The position numbers were made by a program, and so were the translations under genes. A stretch of DNA of 64,000 bases. Source: Octopus sinensis. Lineage: Eukaryota. The first letter of the stretch is position 1; each line of letters opens with the position of its first letter. Positions 1 through 14,153 of the stretch are shown in pieces. The notes beneath the pieces were generated by a model. The model did not search any database. It was not told the DNA's origin and saw only the letters and a program-made list of their open reading frames with translations. The DNA lies in contig NC_043019.1 in the NCBI RefSeq assembly GCF_006345805.1, positions 21,575,360 to 21,639,359 of the forward strand. Direction: 5' to 3'.

Positions 1-1761
1 AGACTGAACCTGGAACCATGTGGTTGGTAAGCAAGCTACTTACCACACAGCCACTCCTGCACTCATAATGATTCTGAAGGAATTGGTTGAAGTAGCTTGT
101 GTACATCATATACATAATGTTTAGGCAAGCAATGAGCCTACAGTTTTCTGCCAACTTAGTTTCATTCTTGGCTACAAGATTTGCCTGTGTTATAGCAAAC
201 CAATTTGGGATGTCAATCTGGCCTTCCATAGTTCTTTTGATAATACATTCAAATGGCTTTCTGTAAGAAGTCAGCCTCTTGTACACATGTGTCTGTGAGT
301 GTGTTTGCCTGTGTCTTCCTGTCTTAATTTTGCATGATAGTTGTAAATGATTGTCACTGTCATACAGTGTCATTCATTTCCAATATTCCACAACAACATT
401 TCTGGCCTTGGGGAAATATTACTTTGATTGGAAACAGGTGAAAGTTGGGGACAACAAGGGTATTTGACTGTACAAAATCAGTCTCAATAAACTTTGTCTG
501 ACCAATGCAATCATGGAAAAGTGGATGTCGTGATGATGATGATTAAATAAAATGACACAGAGTAGTATCATTTTCAATGACTAAATACAATTAACAAGTG
601 ATTCATTAATTACTATATAAAGTCCAGAAGCCCTTTTGTGCACAAAGGATGGTAGCTGTAAGTAAAAGAAAAAAGCAAGAGAAGAAATACTATAGGCTTC
701 ATGCGGAAGTGAAGATTACTTAGTAGCATGTACCATGCTTTTTCTAGTTGTCTTAGGTGCCTGTAGAGTCCTTAGAAAATACAGACACTTTGGCCTACTC
801 ATGGATGTGACAGCTGGAGGGAGATAAGGCTGCACAAGCAGTGCAATTAGCAGGTACTCATATTCAGTCAGGTAGATAGAGGCAAGATAAACAGAACTGT
901 CTTGTTTAAAGACACAATGCACCATCTGGTCAAGGACTTGAATCCAACCCCCTAGCCACTAGACAACATGCATTCCACACTACTATAACTTCTTTATATA
1001 ACAGGCAAATGGAATAAATGCTCTTGACCATAAATATCTTCCCTGAAGTTTCTAAATTTTAACTATTATCAACAGTTATTTTTTTAACACCCAAGTCAAC
1101 CCCTCCAAGCCAAACCCATGATCAAAAGCATTCTAGCTACAACCACCCTATCCTTAATTTATTTATTTTTATCTTTCAGGAAGAGAACTAAAATGTATTC
1201 TTCCTTTTTATAAAATAGTAAGGTGTAATTTGCGAGTGATTTTGCAGCTATTTTTAGCAGGTCAAGTGACACAGTATAGATGCTCAAAAGTCTCATGAGA
1301 AATACATGCCTGTTAAGATTCTTCACCATCCTAGTGGCTCTATTTTGGGAATTAATTAAATTTTACAAGTTGTCTGCACATTTTAAAGATACAGTCAAAT
1401 CCTGACAGCCCAATTTGCCAAAATATCATTATTCAATATTCTGGTTACATTTTTGAAGCACCAAGATAAATTTGGATTCTTTCAAGGAATTCTTCTTTCA
1501 TAAGTTAGATCACTTTACAGTAGAGTGATGCCATTGTAGACACAGCATTAAGAACCACTGCTATTGCGAAGATTGCTACAGTAATCAAATAATTATTTTT
1601 TAATTAAAATTTTGGTAGGAATTCTTTAATTCTTTATTTAATTTTGGCATTTCTCATTGGTTTAGATTAAAAAATAAATATTTTGAAGGGTATGAATTGT
1701 GCAATGTGTGTGCATGCATACAGTTGTGTTTGTATAGATACATACATACATATATCATCAT

Positions 1762-2085
1762 CATCATCGTTTAACATCTGTTTTCCGTGCTAGCACGGGT
1801 TGGATGGTTCGACCGGGGTCTGGGAAGCCAGGAGGCTGCACCAGGTTCCAGTCTGATCTGGCAGTGTTTCTACAGCTGGATGCCCTTCCTAACGCCAACC
1901 ACTCCGTGAGTGTAGTGGGTGCTTTTTACATGCCACCAGCACAGGTGCCAGGGGAGTCTGGCAGTGACCACAATCGGTTGGTGCTTTTTACGTGCCACCG
2001 GCACAGAAGCCAGTCAAGGCGGCGCTGGCATCGGCCACATTCGGATGGTGCTTTTTACGTGCCACCGGCACAGAAGCCAGTCAAG
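1762..2085 (-). mobile_element. Family-D retroposon (~3 minisatellite units)
   Basis: Matches 56505-57050. Confidence 0.75.
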
Positions 2086-2270
2086 AACGCAAAACATCCG
2101 CAATACATAGATTCATAGAATGATGTGGCTATCATGAAAAGCTCTTCTAGTGGGCCCAGCTAGCAGACCACAGTAATTCAATATGGTTAAGTATAATGTA
2201 GAGTTCTATGCAGTTGAAACCCAGGAGACTCACCCAATGAAATCATTTCATGAGTAGTATACAAACCCTA

Positions 2271-3080
2271 AAAAGTCAGGAGGTTTGAGAGGTAAATATA
2301 TTTATTTAACCACTTGTTATCCTTGGGGTTATGGTCATTTCACAGCCTCTATCATGTAATAATAATTTCAGAGTGTAATAAATTATTTGACATGTCTGCA
2401 CTAATAAGCATTCTACACATTGTACAATGCAATTGTATATTTACAAATTAATGAAGATAAAAGAAGCCAACTCAAGCATTGGGGTTATCATCATGTTTTA
2501 GTGATCTGATGACCTAGCTTTATCAGCATTGATTTGTAAATAAATAATTGTATCATATGCATAGCATGCATATTAGTGCAGACATGTAAAATAATTTATT
2601 ATACGCTGAAATTATTACATGAAAGGAAGCTGTGAAATGACAGTAGTCTTAAGGATAACAAGTGGTTAAATAAATATCAGGAAGTGGTTAAATATTTAAC
2701 AAGTGGTTAAATATAAGTAAGAAAACAGCACAGCTCCCATGACTTTCGGAAACATTTTTTCACGCTGAGAGTTGCTGAAGTATGGAACAAACTGCCGACA
2801 TCAGTTGTTAGTTGTCAGAGCACTGCATCCTTCAAAACTTCCATGCTTCCTGAGATTCGCCAACACTACACCTGATTTTCTCCCCTCCATACACACGCAA
2901 GCATGTATCTGACTCATACACTGTTCGCTTTCCAGACATTTGTACATTACTTCATATGCTTTATACGTACTTTTGACAAGTTGTGGTGCACCTGAGCACT
3001 GTATACAATAATTTCATTATTATTATTATTATTATCATTATTATTATTATATATTCACCTCTCAAACCTCTTGACATTTT
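2271..3080. mobile_element. Foldback element with long inverted arms, interrupted by the CR1-like insertion
   Basis: Left arm about 2271-2465 is the reverse complement of 2517-2675 plus 3051-3080. Confidence 0.7.
2715..3050 (+). mobile_element. 5'-truncated CR1-like LINE 3' end with (ATT)n tail
   Basis: Encodes RKQHSSHDFRKHFFTLRVAEVWNKLPTSVVSCQSTASFKTSML, a CR1/L2-type RT C-terminal motif, followed by a 3' UTR and ATT repeats. Near-identical to 39927-40290. Confidence 0.85.
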
Positions 3081-3106
3081 ATGGCTAATATACATACATA
3101 CATGTG

Positions 3107-3408
3107 AGGATGCATGGCCTAGTGGTTAGGGTGTTGCACTCATGATTGTGAGCTTGTGTAGTTTCAATTCCTAGACCAGGGGGTGAGTTGTGTTATTGAG
3201 CAAAACACTTCATCTCACGTTACTCTGTGATAACTTCAACACCTGATGTGTGGTACACCATGCTCCTGTTCAGGGTATGTTGATTTGATGGAGGATGTGA
3301 GCTAAAGTACAGTACACACATTTCATCACTATAAACAAATCACTTGTGCAGGATGTTCAGCAAAAGCTGAACACCCATACGTCATCTTTGATGGGAGAGT
3401 CCATCATA
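3107..3408 (+). mobile_element. SINE family E (tRNA-like head)
   Basis: ATGGCCTAGTGGTTAGGGTGTT...TTCAATTCC head; the body matches 45380-45672. Confidence 0.65.
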
Positions 3409-4533
3409 TATAAATAAATGAAAGTGTTTATGGAACAGATGCACACGGGTACATATACACCCCAGCCACTGCACGCTACTGTGTAAATTCACTCTGTACT
3501 CAGAACAATTCAGAGCTGGAGCATTTTGTTTCTTTGTTTCCGTCTACCAAATCCACTCACAAGGCTTTGGTTGGCCTGAGGCTATAGTAGAAGACACTCG
3601 CCCAAGGTGCCACACAGTGGGACTGAACCTGGAATCATGTGGTTGGTAAGCAAGCTACTTACCACACAGCCACTCCTATAAAATTTTTGTTTATTTATCT
3701 CAGGTCTCTGTGAAGGCACATGATCTAGCGGTTAGGTGTTGCACTTATGAGATTGTAGATTTGATTTCCAGACCAGTAGCAATCTTGAGCAAAACACTTT
3801 ATTTACACGCTCCAGTTCACTCACCATTCAATCTGCTGAAAATAACAGCTAAATCTCCATATTACACACTATTATCTAAACAAAGACAGGAAGCATTGTA
3901 TAATGTGGCCCAAGGTACACTACAAGCACCCTTCCATATTGCCATCATTTTATGCTTTTTTTCCAGTCTGGCATGGGTTGGATGAGTTATGACAGTCCAT
4001 TTTATTCAAAGTTACTGCCATCCTAGACAGGTCAGAGAACCATGTTTTGCTCATATGTTTAAATTTTGGTTTGCTTTCTATGACTGGATGCCCATATTAT
4101 CACCAATCATTCTACAAAATGTACTGGCTGTGTTTTATCAATGGCACTAGCATTAAAGAGGTTAAGTCTTTGCCAAGATCAAAGGGTTTTCTTAACCCTT
4201 CATTTTCTCTTCTTATTCCCTAACCATTATATAGGGTGGACTGGGTGTATTCTGTTTGAGAGGTTGTCATGTGAAGATTTGAATGCTTTTGGTCATATAT
4301 TTCCTCAATCAGGGCTGCCCTGGGACTAAACAATAACAAAAAATACTTACATGCACATGTGTGTGCATACACACATGTTTGGAAGTGTGTTACACATATG
4401 TCAGTGTTTCAGTTTAAACTGTTCAACTATTGATTACACAAATGTTAAAACTAAATGTCAACTCTTCCGATCTCTCTGGTTTTGTAGGCTTTATGAAGGT
4501 CATAGCTACTGCCCTTACCCTTACTAGTAAACC

Positions 4534-4817
4534 TTAACCTTGTAACATTTATACCAGTCATATCCAGCCCAAATATTCTACCTGTTTTATGTTCAAACTG
4601 GTCAGATCTGGTCTCTCACACTAACCTTACAACCTTAAAAATATTCTACCTGTTTTATGTTCAAACTGGTCAGATCTGGTCTCTCACACTAACCTTAAAA
4701 ACAACAATCACATCATCAAAATATCAACACTACAAGATAATGCAAGATAGATTCAAAGCAACATAAATAAATAAGCATTACATTTGACATTCGAGTAATC
4801 TGAATGCTAAAGGTTAA
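4534..4817. mobile_element. TTAA-flanked MITE with a 68-bp internal tandem duplication
   Basis: Same family as 10625-10854; the unit AAATATTCTACCTG...CTAACCTT begins at 4571 and again at 4639. Confidence 0.7.
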
Positions 4818-5944
4818 ATAAACTCTATTTTTAGACCAAGCTGCCAGTGACATTATCAGTGTGCAAGGGTAGATACGCTTGACTGGTTCTCCAAGTAAAC
4901 TTATTGTCTTAGAATATTAAATAAAAGGTAAATTTATGCCATTCATTAATTTTAATCTGTTTTGTGCTTATTTTAATATCCTTTGAGTTATCATAAGGAT
5001 TTTTAGAAAAACTTCAGCAAGGGATATTTGAAATTTAAATTCAGGTGAAATTTAATTCAAAACGTTGTTCACCCACTCACCCCTCTATGCACGTGCTTGA
5101 TTTGCAAGAAATAGCAACAAAATATCCTTCAAATCAATACTTTATAAAATTACAAAAAAGGGTCAAATTAGATAATGTAGTCCCTGTGCCTGTTGATCCC
5201 TAGTTTTTTAACAATGGGTACACCATATCCCTGCATGTCACAATAGTTAACTAAAGGGATTCATGTCAAGAAGGGTATTCAACTGTAAAGTACTCCTCAA
5301 AATCTACTGGCTAATCCATGCCAGTGTAGTATAGAGGGCATAAAAACAAGGATGAGTCTCAAACACAGCTCTTAAAAGACAAGATAAAAAGCTCACAGCT
5401 GAAAAATCTTTGGCTAGTGAGATGAAAGCAACTGATTAACACTGCAAGGATAAAAGGTAGGTTAGCATGTTGTGGAATTTGAATCCAGAATGGAACAAAA
5501 CTAATATAATATAATAATAATAATATATTGCTTTCCATGTATAACATTTAGACCAGTGCAATCTCTGTCAGTTTCTAATTCTATAAATTTAAAGCCTAAG
5601 CCAAGAAAACCAAATAATTGATGATTTAATTCATCTTCTTAGAAGATGCAATTAATCTATAAACCAATGGTTGAATGAGAGCTATGACAAAAACAAAGAA
5701 AATCAAAAGCAGAAAAGGAATAAGGGCATGTCTACTGGGAGGGAAAGGAGATTAAATCTCCTTATGGCTTATCTTAAACAGATTCCAGCAGAATATTGAG
5801 AAAGATAATTCATCAATGTAGATATGTACCACACACACAAAATGTACATACACACATACATATATATTTTTTTTTTTTTTTTTTTGTACTTGTTTCAGGC
5901 ATTTGACTGCGGCCATGCTGGAGCACCGCCTTTTTTTTTTAGAG

Positions 5945-6092
5945 TGGTGAAAGAGTACAGCAGGGATCACCACCATCCCCTGCCGGAGCTTCGTGGAGCT
6001 TTTAGGTGTTTTCGCTCAATAAACACACACAACGCCCGGTCTGGGAATCGAAACCGCGATCCTCCGACCGCAAGTCCGCTGCCCTAACCACT
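5945..6092 (-). mobile_element. SINE family C head (partial)
   Basis: Reverse complement of the 22165 head. Confidence 0.75.
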
Positions 6093-7873
6093 GATATACA
6101 AACACACACACACAGACAGACAGACACACACACACACATACATACATACATATATATATATATATGCATACATACATAAATACACACACACATCAAGGTG
6201 GTGTTCCAGCATGGTTGCAGTCAAATGACAAGTAAAAGAATAAAAGTATATATATACACACACACATATATATATATATACGTATATACATGTATATATA
6301 CATCTGTGTGCATACATATATATGTGTGTTTGTGTATATATATATACATACATGCACAAATAACGTATTTCTTTATATGCATATACATTTATATCTGCTT
6401 GTATACATATACATGCATGCACGCATGCACACATACACACACACACACTCCCTTGTATTGATGCACACATGCATTCTAATCAAAAACTAAACATTGATTG
6501 CAGTACAAAAGAACAGACTCACTTCTATTTTATATTAATTAGATCTTCATTAACTCACACAATGACAATGCTAACGAGGAAACTAACACAAAAACAGAAG
6601 ATAAATAACTGCATTTTGTTTCTTCATATATAACATATTATATTAATTAAAGCTAAAAAAAAATAAATTGCACAATTAGATTTTTTTTTCCTCCCGATAA
6701 GATGAGGATGAATGCTAATATGTAAAGTTAATGAAAAGAAAATATTAATAAACGCAAGGTAACAGTAAATTAATTGACCTGAAGGTCAAATATACAAACC
6801 TGAATGCAGTAAGATTCCTAAACACATTGCAATAACTGTCTTTCAAGTTTCTTTTTTTGTTGGTAAATTTTTAAATTAGAAGTAATTAATTAGAAAGTTG
6901 ATTTGATAGAAACAATCTCTATCTCTCTCCCTATTTCATTTTCTCTTTTTATATATTATTATTATTGTTATCATCATAGATATTTTTTCTTCACATTTTG
7001 ATCGAGTATGTGTTTAAAAATTCAGATATTTGTTGACAACCATAAAAGATCCGTGGTTAGAGAAAAAAAAAATACGGTAGGAAAAAGACAAATATAAAAA
7101 AAAAGACCAAAATGAGGAGGGGGAAAATTAGCGAAGAAGAGCAAAAAAAATGTACTTTGGCATAATTAAACTATGTAAAAAAAAAAAAAAAGAAAAGAAG
7201 AGAAAACAAAAACAAAGTGCCCGAAGCAATTAAATGATGATTGGTAATCAGTTATATGTTAGAGAAGGAGGGACTAGTAATTAGTACAGGAATTGTGTCA
7301 TATACATCTTCATGAAAATCAAATAAGCTTAAACAAGCCACCAATGAGAGAGAGATAAGTTAATCCTTTAGGAGTTCAAACTAGCTGGCTAATGCGTGTG
7401 TATGTGTGAGGTCGATATGCAAATATGAAGAGTTTAATTATTCGCATTCATTTACACTTTCAAATCAAATAATTTTATCTGTTTCTTTACATTCATTAAT
7501 AATTTGGTTTGTTTTTTTTTAATTTAAGGATTCTTTTTATTCATTATTACACCTGTACACTTTTACTATTAATGCTATATATTCTCGTTGCTTATTACTG
7601 TACATGTATGCTCTAATACATTACACCAAGATTTTGAGGTCCTGTACACTCTTATTGTTCATTTCTGTACAGGTGTATAAAAAAAGTTAAGTACAAGTAT
7701 ACCTACTACCGAATAGTGTAAACCTGTAACCATCTGTTTAATACTGTATACCTGTACAACTATATATTCCTATTATTTATTGCTGCACACCTGTAAAAGA
7801 ACCAGAAAGAACAGCTACCACAAGGCATTTGATCTGATGTTTCAACAATTCTGCCAATCCACTGTCCTGAGTG

Positions 7874-7922
<49 letters not shown>

Positions 7923-7934
7923 GTTCTTATAATT

Positions 7935-8303
7935 GTTTCAGTCATTTGACTGCAGCCATACTGGAGCACCGCCTTTAGTTGAGCAAATCGACCCCAGGAC
8001 TTATTCTTTGTAAGCCTAGAACTTATTCTATCGGTGTCTTTAGCCAAACCAGCATCAGTTGTCAAGCGATGTTGGGGGGACAAACACAGACACACAAACA
8101 TATATACATATATATATATATATATATACATACACACATACACAATGGGCTTCTTTCAGTTTCCATCTACCAAATCCACTCACAAGGCTTGGTTGGCCCG
8201 AGGCTATAGTAGAAGACATTTGCCCAAGGTGCCATGCAGTGGGACTGAACCCAGAACCATGTGGTTGGTAAGCAAGCTACTTACCACACAGCCACTCCTA
8301 CGC
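7935..8303 (-). mobile_element. SINE family A
   Basis: Highly similar to 33857-34250. Confidence 0.85.
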
Positions 8304-8426
8304 TTATATATATATTTCTTATCAATCCTGAAAGGATGAAAAACTATTTGGCCTTAGTGGGGCCTGAATCTAGAGTACAGAAAGTGGAAATGAATCCTAT
8401 GAGGAAGTCTATCCAATGCTCTACAT

Positions 8427-8675
8427 CAATGGTTCTCAACTAGGAGCCATATGGCCCTTAGGGGTCCATATAAGATTTAACTGTTAAAATTTATGTGTAA
8501 TAATTTGATTATACTTCTACAAGACACAAAATCTTAAAAAAATTTTTAATACAATTCCTAATAATATTTGATTATAAAAATACAGTAGGACTTCTTTTTC
8601 AAATACAGTGAATGGTTCTGGAGGGCCAGTAGAGTATAATAGAAATGAAAGGGGTCCTTATGTCAAAAATGGACA
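8427..8675 (+). mobile_element. Partial hAT-like MITE
   Basis: Begins CAATGGTTCTCAAC, resembling the CAGTGGTTCTCAAC hAT/Charlie terminus; the matching right terminus is not present. Confidence 0.35.
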
Positions 8676-9539
8676 TGAAGAGCAAGTATACAGTGCATGT
8701 ATTTAATTGGCAAAATATGACCATCCCCAGGTATAATGATATTATTTTTTTAATTATTCACTTATAAGGGGACAATTACTGGTTCAGTGAACATTTGATG
8801 GCAGCACCAGCCTCTAACTCTGGCAGAATAAATAATATCACTTTTTTGATGGTCTGATTTATTGGGAGTTTGTTCATGATGTGTATACAAGTACAAAACC
8901 ATAAAAAAAGAGATGCCACAGGAGAGACAAGTTTTAACAAATGTTTAATATTTAAAGAGATGAGAAAGAATCTATCTTTCATTATATGCATACATGTACA
9001 TATATATATGTGTATGTTGGCCTGCTCGCTTAGCCAGCGGGGTGGCATCATTTGAAGGCTAAAACTATGTGAAGCACATTGTGACCAGCGATGTGTAGCA
9101 ACATCTGATAGCCTGGTACGTCATGTGATATGTGTATCTATGTAGGCATGTGTGTGTATGTAATATGCACACCCAAACACCCAATTGGCTTTTCTCCCAC
9201 AGTTTACTGTCTACAAAATTTCATTCACAAAATAGAACTGGTATACTCAAAACTATGGTAGAAAAAACCCTCTTTTTTTTAACATGTTGAGATTGATGAG
9301 GTTGTGTTAATGTTTTGTGATAAGTGTTGCAGGTGAATACCACAAGGAAAGAAATTCAAGAAGGCTGGTGCTCTTAGGAAGAAGGGCCAAGAATAGTGTT
9401 GTGAGCAGGGTGTGTGTGGGGGGGGGGGCACAAGGCTGGCTAGAAGAAAAGAGAGGAGTGGAGTAGAGGTGCCTGAATGGAGGAGGTACAGGTCAGTCTG
9501 CTTGGATAAACAGAGACCATTGTAGTAGCAACAGAAGAG

Positions 9540-9588
<49 letters not shown>

Positions 9589-10624
9589 TGGATGGATGAA
9601 TGGATGGATAGTTGGATATCATGCCTTATAGGCATGGTTTCACGCAATAGGATTAATTTTGGAATCTCTACACTTCTCCAGCAAACTTTCAGGCCACACA
9701 GCTAAGCCTATATATCGATGCAACCATTTCGTGTAGCTCTCTCTCTGTTCTATACACATTTTTAATGTAGAATATACAGTTACAATATTAATTTAGGACA
9801 AAATATATAGATGAAAGAACAGCAAGGAAACAAGTGTTTAAACATATCAAAAGCAGTCAACGGATTTAATTGATTATTTATGGTTCAGTTAACATTCTTT
9901 TTTTTTGCTAATAAATTAAAAATTTTCTGCTTTAATAACAAAAATCAATCGGAATCTAGTTACATGGTCGTATAAGCAGGACCGTGTTGTGTGACTGAGA
10001 TCTAAGTCTAAGGGACATAATCCTAATTTTTACTCGACTTCACACTAAAAGTTATTAACACTTAAAAGAAAAAATCACTAGCTGGATCTCTTAAATCTGT
10101 CTTTCCATGGTCTGCCAACTCTCATGGCTGGTACATTTTTCTGCTTTTTGGTGGGGGTGTTGTTTTAGAGCTTATACCAAATAAAACAATAAACACTTTG
10201 TTTGGAAACATTAGTTGTATTCCTGTTTTAAGTTGTGTTATTTTAACATTGATAACATGTTTGTTAACATATATATACACACATATAGCAACTATATTGT
10301 GGAAGGCACCTTTAATAAACGACAAGCTGTTAAATTCACTGTAAAATATATAATTATTTTAAAAAAGAACCAAATTTTTTGTTGTACACTGTAAGCTGGT
10401 CACCGAGAGAGTATCCCTTGCAATAAAGTGATCCCTTACAAGAGGAGCCTCTATGTAAAAGGTTAATAACTAAAGGTGAGGATTCGTAGAATGAAATTAT
10501 ATTGGGTTTTGATACACCATCAATCATGTTTTCTACTCAATGAGAACACAATGTCCAGCTCATATTCTAATCCAACAAAGATTATTTTTGAAAATGTATT
10601 TAAAATATATGTATTGTACTAGCT

Positions 10625-10854
10625 TTAACCCTTTAGCATTTAACCCAGCCATATCCAGCCAAAAATATTCTGCCTGTTTTATGTTCAAACTGGCCAGATC
10701 TGGTCTCTTACACCAACCCTATAATATCGTTTTAAAAATTAACAGCTGCCTCATCAAAATCTCATAGCTACAAGATTAATGAATGATTAGTTCAAAACAA
10801 TTTGGATAAAAAAGCATTAATTTTGGCAGAATAATGTGAACACTAAAGGGTTAA
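10625..10854. mobile_element. TTAA-flanked piggyBac-like MITE
   Basis: TTAACCCTTTAG ... CTAAAGGGTTAA termini; internal sequence shared with the copies at 4534, 45907 and 47513. Confidence 0.75.
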
Positions 10855-12054
10855 ATATATTTTTCAGAAAGACTAGAATCCTGTTTATCATCCAGTGGCC
10901 CTTGTAGCAACTCTTTGTAAGCTCAACCTTAAAAAAGGTGTGGCTACATTGGTGTTAGAGAACATTTACAAATCATTGTATTAAATCAAGTATTTTAATA
11001 TGCAAAATGAATCATTGTGAAAAGATTATATATTTTTACGTTTATGCTTTTGTTTTGCATGATTCTTGATGTGAAATAGTGTGTTGAAATAGATATTGTT
11101 GTATTTGGGGATGGTCATATTTTTGCCAATTAAACACACACACTACATATTCATTCTTCACTTCAGTTTTATTATTATTCTTATTTTTTAGTGTGTCTTT
11201 TGTCACACATCCTGTGAGCTCATCAATGACTCTCTATCTCACATGTCTAATCTTGTTCTGCTTATTTCATTTTGTTTTTCTGTGGGGGGTGTCTATTTGT
11301 TCATGTGTTTGCATCTGTATGTGTGTGTGTGTGTGTGTGTGTGAAAGCACGACAGAATGAACTAAACAACAGGAGGAGACACATGGGATAGAGAGTTACT
11401 GAAGAGGTCACAGGGTGTGTGACAAAAGATTTCCAGACAAAGGCCACTAAAATAAGAATAACAATAAAGCTGGAGTGAAGACTAAGTATATATAATGCCT
11501 GTGGTGAACCGCTAAAAATAAGACCATCCTCAAATATAACAGTATTATATATTTATCCAGATTATTAATAAGTTTGTTTTGGGGGGATTAAAACTTTTTC
11601 TTTGCACCAGTCATAATTATTATCATTCAGTTAGGAGAAAAAGATTAACAAGTTTTTTCCTGCATATCAACAATTCTAATATAAAGTTTATAACAAAATC
11701 ATTTATAGATAGTTTTTATAGACTTAACGAAACCAAAGGGAAAATTTTATAATAAAAACAACGAATCTTGCCAAATTTTGTAAAATTTCTATTGAAGACA
11801 ACAAATCGAGGGGGGAAAAAATTAAATAGGAAAACTGAGTTATTTCCCTTAGACTGTAAACAGGATGCTAAATCAATGCTGAGATAGTTAAAAGGAGCAA
11901 TTCAAACTTGTGATTGCTTTCAAGGTAGATAAAATATGATAGTAGGCGTCGTTGCTGTAATTTTAATCCCAGATGAGCTCACATAATCAGTTTTCACTTT
12001 GCCCTTCTTTCTCAGACATAAACAAGGATGCGCGCGCGCACTCACAGACTCACA

Positions 12055-12100
<46 letters not shown>

Positions 12101-12204
12101 GATGTGTGGTTAAGAAGGTCACTTTCCAACCACATGGTTTCAGGTTCAGTTCCACTGCATGGTACCTTGGGGAAGCATCCTCTATTGTAATCAAAGGATA
12201 CCTA

Positions 12205-12380
12205 TTTCTTTACTACCCACAAGGGGCTAAACACAGGTGCGTAACTGGTACTTAATTTATCGACCCCGAAAGGATGAAAGGCAAAGTCGACCTCAGCGGA
12301 ATTTGAACTCAGAACGTAACAGCAGACGAAATACCGCAAAGCATTTCACCCTGCGTGCTAATGTTTCTGCCAGCTCGCCA
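12205..12380 (-). mobile_element. SINE family B (partial)
   Basis: Reverse complement of part of 50130-50360. Confidence 0.8.
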
Positions 12381-12814
12381 GAGGATACCAACACCTTCCA
12401 AGCCAATCTGGCAGCTGGAAACTGAGTGGAAGCTTGTCAAATACATATATATATGGGGGAGGGAGGTTCTTTGTGATTGTCTTCCCACTGTTTGTTAACC
12501 AGTGATGGTTTGTTTGCATTACTGTAAATAAGCAGTGAGAAAAGAAACTGATAGAAATAAGTACCAGACATAAAAGATAAATACCAGGGTCAATTTGATT
12601 GACCAAGCTCTCAAAGGCTGTGTCCAACCATGGCTAAAATCTAATGATTTGTTTTGGTCATTGTCTTGCACCTATGTGCTCACACACATATTTACCTCAA
12701 GTCACTCTCTTGCTTCTACTAAATATCAATATAAATATATATACACTCCTCTTTTGAGTTTTATTTTTCCTGTTTGCTTCACTATACTTGTGTGTGTGTG
12801 TGTCTGTGTAGATG

Positions 12815-13600
12815 TACAGGGTACGATGGGTAAGTTGTCGCCATTTTGTATTTTATATTTCATGCATGTGCATTGATTGTTTTTGATTTTGTCGACTGCA
12901 CAGTATAGTAGGGTCAGTTGGGCACCATCTGTGATTAAAAACAGCACCATGATGCAATTCATTCTGCCAGAAATTTGGAGATGATATGCTGCACTACTTG
13001 GCATTCGTGATGGAAGTTCCAAAATGAACATTTCAGAGTATTTGGGTGTCAATCTGAGGACATGTACCAAGAGTGATAAAGATCAAACATCCAGTCAACA
13101 TCATGGTGTTTGGAGTGATCACTAGTGATGGCAACGTTATGCTTTCATTCATCTTCTCAGATGGCCTCAGACTCAACATGGAGGCCTACATCAAATGCCT
13201 GGAGGAGGTAGTGCTGCCCTGGATCAAGAAGGTGGCTGCTGTAAGACCCTATGTCTGGCAACGAGACTCTGCACCATGCCACACAAGCAGGAGAACCCAG
13301 TCGTGGCTGTCAGACAATTTCTGTGACCACATCACTCCTAACATCTGGCCACCTAATTCCCCAGACTGCAACCCCCTTGATTATTGTGTGGGGTGCAGTT
13401 GAGTGAGAGACCAACAAAACTCCTTGTAACACCAAAGATGAACTGCAGGTAAGGATTATGGCAGCATTCACCAACTTAAACAAGGAGACCGTCCAGAAGA
13501 GTTGCAGAAGATTCCAAAGTCGTCTAGGATCTGCTGTAACTCTTGGTTGAAGCCAATTGCGATTTTATTGAATAAATTTACTCCTTAGTATTTCAATGAT
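12815..13600 (+). mobile_element. Defective maT (DD37D) Tc1/mariner-superfamily transposon, internally deleted
   Basis: Begins TA+CAGGGT..., a mariner-like terminus. ATG at 12949 opens an N-terminal segment with an in-frame stop. The catalytic region reads HPVNIMVFGVITSDG...WQRDSAPCH...WPPNSPDCNPLDY, with 37 residues between the 2nd and 3rd Asp. A frameshifted C-terminus (TNKTPCNTKDEL...) ends at TAA 13573-13575. No right terminal inverted repeat (TIR) was found. Confidence 0.85.
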
Positions 13601-13748
13601 ATTTTTTTGCACAGATGCCAATTTTGAAAATTATGCTCATGGAGAGTTGTCACTTCCCTATAAACTATGCCACTGGAATGGGTTTGTCAACATTTTTACT
13701 TAAATAAAACAAAAAAGTGTTTGTCCTCCAATTGTGTCTGTCTGTCTG

Positions 13749-13827
<79 letters not shown>

Positions 13828-14153
13828 TATACACACACATATGTGTATGTACTCAATATTTCCACAACATTTGGAAAATCAATTATCAAGAGCCCTCATG
13901 ATTGCTCAATGTTTGACCTGCTAGAAATAGCTCCCAAATCTATCTTAAAGTCAAGGAAGAGTATAGCTAGGACTACATTGGTTAATGTAGTCCTAGATAC
14001 ATACAATGTTTGTAAAACGAGAAAAGAATATAAAAGAAAAAACAGAGAAACGATCATAGCTTGATTGTCTTTCATCAATATGAGTATATGAGTATCTGCT
14101 TGATTAGGCCTGACCTGGGATTAAATAACAACAGCAACAATAACAAAACAGAT

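Noticed and set aside
1804-2118. ORFs rich in FTCHQH/FYVPPA motifs (also 17085-17692, 56627-57051, 60843-61268)
   Set aside because: These are translations of the family-D minisatellite, not proteins.
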